Origin: Vibrio alginolyticus NBRC 15630 = ATCC 17749
GTDB lineage: Bacteria; Pseudomonadota; Gammaproteobacteria; Enterobacterales; Vibrionaceae
Reading direction: 5' to 3'
Length of the DNA: 32,000 bases
NCBI RefSeq assembly: GCF_000354175.2
Contig: NC_022349.1
Coordinates: forward strand, 1,560,001 to 1,592,000
Shown here: positions 27,342-32,000 of the stretch, piece by piece
Numbering within the stretch: position 1 is the first letter of the stretch
Layout of the letters: each line of letters opens with the position of its first letter
Program-made: the position numbers and the translations under genes
The notes under the pieces: generated by a model
The model's input: the letters and a program-made list of their open reading frames with translations, nothing else
Told to the model about the DNA's origin: nothing
The model's database searches: none

Positions 27342-27641
27342 ATGGCTGTAATCGTCAAGTACGTGGTAGAACGCAATGGAGAAGAGAAAATGACTTTTAC
27401 CTCTAAAGCGGAAGCTGACGCATACGACAAAATGCTGGATATGGCAGACGAGTTATTCTCACTGCTGGGTAAAAGTGAACTTCTAGAAGACGAAGGTAAG
27501 CAAGAAGATCTTGCAATGTTCCTTGCGCAAAACAAAGAAGAAGTGCTTTACGCTCTTGGTGCAAAACGTAAACCTGCACCAAAAAAAGCAAAGAAGCTTG
27601 AAGCTGTTGAAGAAGATAGCGAGCAAGAAGACGCTGCATAA
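27342..27641 (+). CDS. yebG: DNA damage-inducible protein YebG
   Basis: MAVIVKYVVERNGEEKMTFTSKAEADAYDKMLDMADEL aligns with E. coli YebG MAVEVKYVVIREGEEKMSFTSKKEADAYDKMLD. 99 aa from ATG 27342 (GGGG Shine-Dalgarno). The ORF-track start at 27270 would read through the SOS box and promoter. Confidence 0.9.
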   Translation: MAVIVKYVVERNGEEKMTFTSKAEADAYDKMLDMADELFSLLGKSELLEDEGKQEDLAMFLAQNKEEVLYALGAKRKPAPKKAKKLEAVEEDSEQEDAA

Positions 27642-27658
27642 GCCTCTTATTTGTTTAG

Positions 27659-27688
27659 AAAAAACGTCGCATTATGCGGCGTTTTTTT
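27659..27688 (+). terminator. Rho-independent terminator of yebG
   Basis: AAAAAACGTCGC-ATTAT-GCGGCGTTTTTTT: a 7-bp stem with one G-U pair and a T7 run. Confidence 0.85.
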
Positions 27689-27766
27689 ATTCCTTCCGTT
27701 TATCTCCATATATCTCTGAGAATATAAAGAACCGATTTAATATCCCAAATTGCTCTAAATTTCATG

Positions 27767-27796
27767 TTGCGGATTAGTGTGACTTAGATCTAGTCT
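27767..27796 (+). promoter_or_regulatory. Candidate sigma-70 promoter for the riboswitch-led operon
   Basis: TTGCGG (27767-72), an 18-bp spacer, and TAGTCT (27791-96). This predicts a start near 27803, exactly where the aptamer P1 helix begins. Both hexamers are weak. Confidence 0.3.
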
Positions 27797-27802
27797 AAAT
27801 GG

Positions 27803-27867
27803 GTCCGGTGATGGGGTGCCACCGGAATCGAAAGATTCGAACCGCTGTTAAAGCTAATGACTCCTAC
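27803..27867 (+). promoter_or_regulatory. Fluoride riboswitch aptamer (crcB motif RNA)
   Basis: P1 is UCCGGUG (27804-10) paired with CACCGGA (27820-26). The loop context GAUGGGGUGC (27810-19) compares with the remembered consensus GAUGGnGUUC. The linker has AACCGC (27840-45). P3 is GCU (27844-46) paired with AGC (27852-54). The 3' conserved block is CUAAUGACUCCUAC (27854-67). The pseudoknot pairs GGGGU (27813-17) with ACUCC (27860-64), including one G-U. The only atypical feature is a 14-nt mini-hairpin (GAAUC-GAAA-GAUUC) in the P1-P3 linker. The comparison is from memory of published crcB-motif sequences and no covariance-model search was run. Confidence 0.8.
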
Positions 27868-27939
27868 AGAAACGAAAACAGGTCAGCCCTGTTGGAAGTG
27901 CTTTCGCTTATGTTGTGAAAGCGAGAGTTCTGTAGTGAG
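27861..27939 (+). promoter_or_regulatory. Anti-aptamer three-way-junction helix of the riboswitch expression platform
   Basis: CUCCUACAGAA (27861-71) pairs with UUCUGUAG-u-GAG (27928-39), giving 11 bp with one bulge. This sequesters the pseudoknot 3' strand. The helix encloses hairpins AACAGG/CCUGUU (27877-82/27888-93) and GCUUUC/GAAAGC (27900-05/27917-22). No U-tract follows. Confidence 0.55.
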
Positions 27940-28132
27940 CAATTCAACTCTTCTCCAACCCCGCTCCTGTTTTCTCAAAAATTAAAAAGATATCCAAAAT
28001 AGTTGTTAACTCAACAAGGCGACAAACGCATGAACCTCCTGAACATAGTTTTCTATTTGATGGAGCGAATAAGAGCAGTCAACGCCGTTGAGACTGACAA
28101 ATAGGCTGGATATCGTACACTGGGAAAACATT

Positions 28133-28825
28133 ATGCAATATTCACACGAAATCCAATCAATGTGCCCGATTCAACGCGGCGAGCTTCATGCATCTGCACC
28201 GATCCCTGTTGAAGGCGCAATGATCAATCCAAAAGACGTTATCGCGATTTCTGGTCTTAGCCACGGAGTTGGCGCTTGTGCTCCTCAACAAGGCGCAGCA
28301 AAACTGACCCTTAACGTCAAAAACGGCATCATCGAAGAAGCTTTGATCGAAACGATCGGCTGTTCAGGCATGACTCAATCAGCAGCGATGGCCGCAGAAA
28401 TCCTAACAGGCAAAACCATTCTTGAAGCACTGAATACCGACTTGGTATGTGATGCTATTAACGTCGCGATGCGCGAAATCTTCCTTCAATTTGTTTACGG
28501 TCGTACGCAATCTGCTTTCTCTGAAGGCGGCTTAGAAATTGGTGCGGCATTGGAAGATCTTGGTCAAACTCAACGCAGCCAAGTGGGTACTAGCTACTCA
28601 ACCAAAGCAAAAGGCGTGCGTTACATGGAGTTGGCTGAAGGCTATGTAACAAAACTCGCGCTAGACGAAAACAAAGAAGTGATTGGTTACCAATATCTCA
28701 ACCTCGGCAAGATGATGAAAGCCATCAACGAAGGCGTATCTGCTGCAGAAGCCGCAGACAAAGCGACGGGGACTTACGGTCGTTTTGACGAAGCCGTAAC
28801 TACCATCAACCCACGCCAACAATAA
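28133..28825 (+). CDS. IscU/NifU N-terminal-domain-like putative Fe-S/metal scaffold protein
   Basis: Three Cys in IscU-like spacing and context: GVGACAPQQG, ETIGCSGMTQSAAMAAE, and DLVCDAIN after GKTILEALN. 230 aa from ATG 28133 (GGGA 8 nt upstream). The ORF-track TTG 28088 start is less likely. Confidence 0.7.
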   Translation: MQYSHEIQSMCPIQRGELHASAPIPVEGAMINPKDVIAISGLSHGVGACAPQQGAAKLTLNVKNGIIEEALIETIGCSGMTQSAAMAAEILTGKTILEALNTDLVCDAINVAMREIFLQFVYGRTQSAFSEGGLEIGAALEDLGQTQRSQVGTSYSTKAKGVRYMELAEGYVTKLALDENKEVIGYQYLNLGKMMKAINEGVSAAEAADKATGTYGRFDEAVTTINPRQQ

Positions 28826-28848
28826 TTGCCACCAAGAGGAAAGAGATT

Positions 28849-29832
28849 ATGAACACTCCAATTACTGAATCTGTACGTCGCACATTAGACGAAATGCAAC
28901 TTTCTTCTCTGGAAGAGGCTTACCAATACTGTATGGATCGTGGTATCGACCCTAAAGCACTAGTGATGGACACTCAACCTATCGCGTTTGAAAGCGCTGC
29001 CGATGCCTACACGCTAGGCACTGCTTTGGCGATTTTCCGCGTAGCAAAAACAGCTGAAGAAGCTGCAAACATCATCGGTGAAGGCCTTCAAGCCTGCACA
29101 AAACCAGGCAGCGTCGCAGAACAACGCCGAGTGGGTATCGGTCACGGTGCATTGGCGGCTCGTCTATTGAATGAAGAAAGTGGCTGTTTCGCTTTCCTTG
29201 CGGGCCATGAGTCATTCGCAGCGGCAGAAGGCGCTATCAAAATCGCATTGAACGTGAACAAGTCACGAAAAAATCCGTTGAAAGTTATCCTAAATGGCTT
29301 GGGTAAAGACGCCGCTTACCTAATCTCACGCATCAATGGTTTCACTTACGTACGCACTCAGTACAACTACCAAACTGGTGAGTTAGTGGAAGTAGAACGT
29401 CGCCGTTTCTCCCAAGGTCCACGTGGTGAGATCCTTTGCTACGGTGCAGACGATGTACGTGAAGGCGTGGCTATTATGCATAAAGAACAAGTGGACGTGA
29501 GTATCACTGGTAACTCGACTAACCCGACTCGCTTCCAGCACCCAGTTGCCGGTATCTACAAAGCAGAGCGTAACCGTGAAGGCATGCCTTACTTCTCTGT
29601 GGCATCAGGCGGTGGTACTGGTCGTACTCTACACCCAGATAACGTGGCGGCAGGCCCTGCCTCTTACGGCATGACAGACACTATGGGTCGCATGCACGCC
29701 GATGCGCAATTCGCGGGTAGCTCTTCAGTACCAGCACACGTAGCGATGATGGGCTTTATCGGTATGGGCAACAATCCAATGGTAGGTGCAACTGTTGCAC
29801 TTGCTGTGGAGGTCGGTGAGCTAAGCCTCTAA
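28849..29832 (+). CDS. GGGtGRT-motif protein, function unknown
   Basis: Contains the family-defining VASGGGTGRTLHPDNV. 327 aa. Strong AAGAGGAAAGAG Shine-Dalgarno, 23 nt after the upstream stop, and native-looking codon usage. The family name is from memory. Confidence 0.8.
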   Translation: MNTPITESVRRTLDEMQLSSLEEAYQYCMDRGIDPKALVMDTQPIAFESAADAYTLGTALAIFRVAKTAEEAANIIGEGLQACTKPGSVAEQRRVGIGHGALAARLLNEESGCFAFLAGHESFAAAEGAIKIALNVNKSRKNPLKVILNGLGKDAAYLISRINGFTYVRTQYNYQTGELVEVERRRFSQGPRGEILCYGADDVREGVAIMHKEQVDVSITGNSTNPTRFQHPVAGIYKAERNREGMPYFSVASGGGTGRTLHPDNVAAGPASYGMTDTMGRMHADAQFAGSSSVPAHVAMMGFIGMGNNPMVGATVALAVEVGELSL

Positions 29833-29885
29833 GTCGATTTATCGCTTTACTATCCAAAGCCAGTAAATCCAACAAACCCAGTGTA

Positions 29886-29918
29886 GGGGGAGTGACTTCG
29901 GTCCTCCCCTTATTTTTT
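29886..29918 (+). terminator. Rho-independent terminator of the IscU-like/GGGtGRT operon
   Basis: GGGGGAGUGAC-UUCG-GUCCUCCCC (one bulged U, UUCG tetraloop) followed by UUAUUUUUU. Confidence 0.88.
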
Positions 29919-30156
29919 GCTATGCCCCCTTCTCCAACTTCACTTTGTCTTTACCCCAAACCGGTCTGAGAAGGCTTTTGCGACACATTTCTCATCAGAC
30001 AAACATATCTCTAAAAAGACAAAAGGTATCCATCTACGGACTTTCTCCATTTCCCCTCTTTAAACTCCCGAACACTCTCTTTATGATGACTGACAACTTA
30101 ATTATTTCTTGTCAGTGAACAGACGAGACACAAGACTCAACACATGGAGATCAACT

Positions 30157-31188
30157 ATGGCTTTCTTCTCTCTAGCCTTTGGTACGGCAACTAAAAACCG
30201 CGACGGCAAAATCATCGAAGCGTTTTTCCCAAACCCAGTTCTTAACCCAAGCGAAGCGCTTGTTAACGCACTAGCAGCAGTAGCAGGTTACGAGCAAGGC
30301 AACCAAGCTATCGAGATCTCTGCGGCACAAAGTGCAGAACTTGCGGCAGCATTCGAAGCAAACGGCGATGCAGCAAACGCATCTTTCGCAGCAAAAGCAG
30401 CAGAATCAGCACAACCACTTGTACTGGTTATCCTTGCAACTGACGAACAGCCACAAAGCGTTGCTGAAGGCTTCCTAAAGCTTCAACTTATCTCTAACCG
30501 ACTAGTTCAACCACACGGCACGGTACTAGACGGTATCTTCGGTCTACTACACAACATCGCATGGACTAACGAAGGTCCAATCGACCTACCTGAACTAGCA
30601 GAGCGTCAAATCGAAGCTCGCCTAGCGGGTCGTGCACTAAGCGTTGATTGCGTAGACAAGTTCCCTAAAATGGTGGACTACGTGGTACCAACTGGCGTTC
30701 GTATCGCTGACACTTCTCGCGTACGTCTTGGCGCACACGTTGGCGAAGGCACAACGGTAATGCACGAAGGCTTCATCAACTTCAACGCGGGTACAACAGG
30801 CGTGAGCATGGTTGAAGGTCGTATCTCTGCTGGCGTAGTGGTTGGTAATGGCTCTGACATCGGCGGCGGCGCATCTATCATGGGCACACTATCTGGCGGC
30901 GGTAAAGTTGTGGTTTCTATCGGTGAAAACTCTCTACTAGGCGCGAACGCAGGTCTTGGCTTCCCAATGGGTGACCGTTGTACTATCGAATCAGGTCTGT
31001 ACGTAACTGCTGGTTCTAAAGTACGCATGCTAGATTCTGACGGTCAAGAAGTCGAAGTGGTGAAAGCACGCGATCTTGCTGGTGTTTCTGACCTACTGTT
31101 CCGTCGTAACTCTATAACAGGTCAAATCGAGTGTCTTGCAAACAAGAGCGCGGTTGAACTGAACAGCGAACTGCATAAAAACAACTAA
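30157..31188 (+). CDS. dapD: 2,3,4,5-tetrahydropyridine-2,6-dicarboxylate N-succinyltransferase (long, ~343-aa form)
   Basis: Hexapeptide-repeat LbH core (GAHVGEGTTVMHEGFINFNAGT...GRISAGVVVGNGSDIGGGASIMGTLSGGG). The long N-terminal domain is typical of the Vibrio/Pseudomonas type. ATG 30157 has a GGAGA Shine-Dalgarno 6 nt upstream. The ORF-track start at 30109 is an extension. Confidence 0.88.
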   Translation: MAFFSLAFGTATKNRDGKIIEAFFPNPVLNPSEALVNALAAVAGYEQGNQAIEISAAQSAELAAAFEANGDAANASFAAKAAESAQPLVLVILATDEQPQSVAEGFLKLQLISNRLVQPHGTVLDGIFGLLHNIAWTNEGPIDLPELAERQIEARLAGRALSVDCVDKFPKMVDYVVPTGVRIADTSRVRLGAHVGEGTTVMHEGFINFNAGTTGVSMVEGRISAGVVVGNGSDIGGGASIMGTLSGGGKVVVSIGENSLLGANAGLGFPMGDRCTIESGLYVTAGSKVRMLDSDGQEVEVVKARDLAGVSDLLFRRNSITGQIECLANKSAVELNSELHKNN

Positions 31189-31204
31189 TAAATAGTTAAG
31201 AAAA

Positions 31205-31236
31205 ATCCCCCAGCAGGAAACTGTTGGGGGACTTTT
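31205..31236. terminator. Bidirectional terminator between the convergent dapD and glpQ
   Basis: AAAAA-UCCCCCAGCAG-GAAA-CUGUUGGGGGA-CUUUUU: an 11-bp stem with one G-U pair and a GAAA loop, flanked by A and T runs. Confidence 0.88.
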
Positions 31237-31265
31237 TAGCTTAAAGCAAAATGCGTGAGTGCTGA

Positions 31266-32000
31266 TTACTGATTTAAAAAGCTGACCGCTTTATCTGGGA
31301 AATCAGTAAACAAACCATCCACTTTTACTTGGTTGTAGTACACATCCATCATGCCTTCAAAGCTGTCAGTGTACGCTGGAATGCGTCCTGGATCGGCGCG
31401 GAACGTGTATGGATGCACTTGCAAGCCAGCGTCTTTTGCAGCCTTCATCAACGGCTTGATGATGATATTGTCTTTGGTTGACTTATCATCTACCAGCATC
31501 GGCTTCCAAGGTCCAATTCCTTCCGCGTAACTCGCTACTTTCTTCATTCCGTCGGCTTCGAACATCCAGTCATAACTGTATGGTGTTGCCTTGTCGCCTT
31601 TGTACACCATAGTTTCGTTCCAGTCCGTGTAAGCCATAAGCTGAACGAGCTTTAAGTCCATGTCCATTGTAGGCATGAGTTCACTGTTGATGCGTTGAAG
31701 TTCATTCGCATCAAAACACTGAAGGTAGACTTTGTCGTCTTGAGAGCCGTAACCGTACTGCTTCAAGACTTTAAGTACTGCTTTAGAAATGTCCTTACCT
31801 TCATGACGATGGAACCAAGGCGCTTTAATTTCTGGGTAAATACCGATGTCATAACCCAGCGTTTTGTTTAAGCCTTGGATCAGCTCAATCTCTTCAGCAA
31901 ACGTCGGCACGGTGAAATCAGATTTCCACATAGGGAATCGGGTTGGATAGCCCGCTACTTTGTTGCCTTTCTCATCGATGTTGAACCCTTCGGTAACTCG
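31266..32000 (-). CDS. glpQ: Glycerophosphodiester phosphodiesterase (C-terminal ~245 aa; the gene continues past the right edge)
   Basis: FTVPTFAEEIELIQGL, IYPEIKAPWFH, and LQCFD match the GDPD-domain GlpQ pattern. The reading frame stays open upstream of the track's ATG 31931 (...RVTEGFNIDEKGNKVAGYPTRFP-MWKSDF) to the window end. Confidence 0.85.
   Translation of the reverse strand, partial: RVTEGFNIDEKGNKVAGYPTRFPMWKSDFTVPTFAEEIELIQGLNKTLGYDIGIYPEIKAPWFHRHEGKDISKAVLKVLKQYGYGSQDDKVYLQCFDANELQRINSELMPTMDMDLKLVQLMAYTDWNETMVYKGDKATPYSYDWMFEADGMKKVASYAEGIGPWKPMLVDDKSTKDNIIIKPLMKAAKDAGLQVHPYTFRADPGRIPAYTDSFEGMMDVYYNQVKVDGLFTDFPDKAVSFLNQ

Noticed and set aside
27833-27846. The minus strand reads GGTTCGAATC, resembling a tRNA T-arm/T-loop, which raised the possibility of a tRNA or tRNA-like gene.
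   Set aside because: The bases flanking the TTCGAAT loop cannot form a 5-bp T-stem, and I could build no acceptor or anticodon arms. The motif is just the GAAUC-GAAA-GAUUC mini-hairpin of the riboswitch linker read backwards.
27790-27990. I considered other riboswitch classes for the structured leader: cobalamin, glycine, Moco, Mn2+ yybP-ykoY, ZTP and c-di-GMP-I.
   Set aside because: I could not find their signature blocks, such as the B12 box, GGAGAG...ACCGAAGGGGCAA, or the CCUCCGAGCC-type Moco core. The fluoride (crcB) motif matches in both sequence and fold.
27950-29938. The 10-mer CTTCTCCAAC occurs both in the riboswitch platform (27950-59) and just after the operon terminator (29929-38).
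   Set aside because: A single shared 10-mer is expected many times by chance in 32 kb, and there is no extended flanking similarity.
29940-30050. 36-aa minus-strand ORF (MEKVRRWIPFVFLEICLSDEKCVAKAFSDRFGVKTK) in the dapD leader, with a GAGGGG just upstream.
   Set aside because: The Shine-Dalgarno to ATG spacing is only 2-3 nt and I recognise no similarity. The purine-rich antisense of a CT-rich tract produces such ORFs by chance.
1-32000. I looked for mobile elements, integrases, toxin-antitoxin pairs, CRISPR repeats, restriction-modification or other defence cassettes, and rRNA or tRNA genes.
   Set aside because: I saw no transposase, integrase or recombinase-like ORFs, no terminal inverted repeats bracketing a segment, and no regularly spaced direct repeats. 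The gene content is housekeeping with E. coli-like synteny (mltA-tcdA-csdE, argA-recBCD, panE-yajL).

Overview
This window looks like a conserved core-chromosome segment of a Vibrio, probably Harveyi-clade-like. That guess rests on the OmpK-type porin sequence, gene order and codon usage, not on a search. I call about 25 coding genes, two of which run off the window edges. I found no rRNA, tRNA, CRISPR array, transposase, integrase or obvious defence island.

Gene order, left to right:
- A minus-strand operon: Lon-N-domain protein, DUF4397 lipoprotein, ECF sigma factor, ChrR anti-sigma factor.
- ompK (Tsx-family porin).
- panE-yajL-csdA, joined by overlapping stop and start codons.
- A PAS-GGDEF diguanylate cyclase.
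- mltA, tcdA-csdE, and a small membrane protein, all on the minus strand.
- argA.
- recC, then recB-recD, on the minus strand with no ptrA between them.
- A YejM/PbgA-like DUF3413 sulfatase-family membrane protein.
- A TehA/TDT-family transporter divergent from a LysR regulator.
- SOS-regulated yebG.
- A two-gene operon encoding an IscU/NifU-like protein and a GGGtGRT-motif protein.
- dapD and glpQ (partial).

The most interesting signal is the roughly 330-nt leader of the IscU-like/GGGtGRT operon. Positions 27803-27867 match the crcB-motif fluoride riboswitch aptamer in both sequence and fold. An unusually long expression platform follows it. It has mutually exclusive helices, a C-rich G-poor tract and a 24-codon uORF. 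No fluoride exporter lies nearby, so this cassette of unknown function is a candidate uncharacterised fluoride-response system.

All homology calls come from my own reading of the translations. No database search was run.
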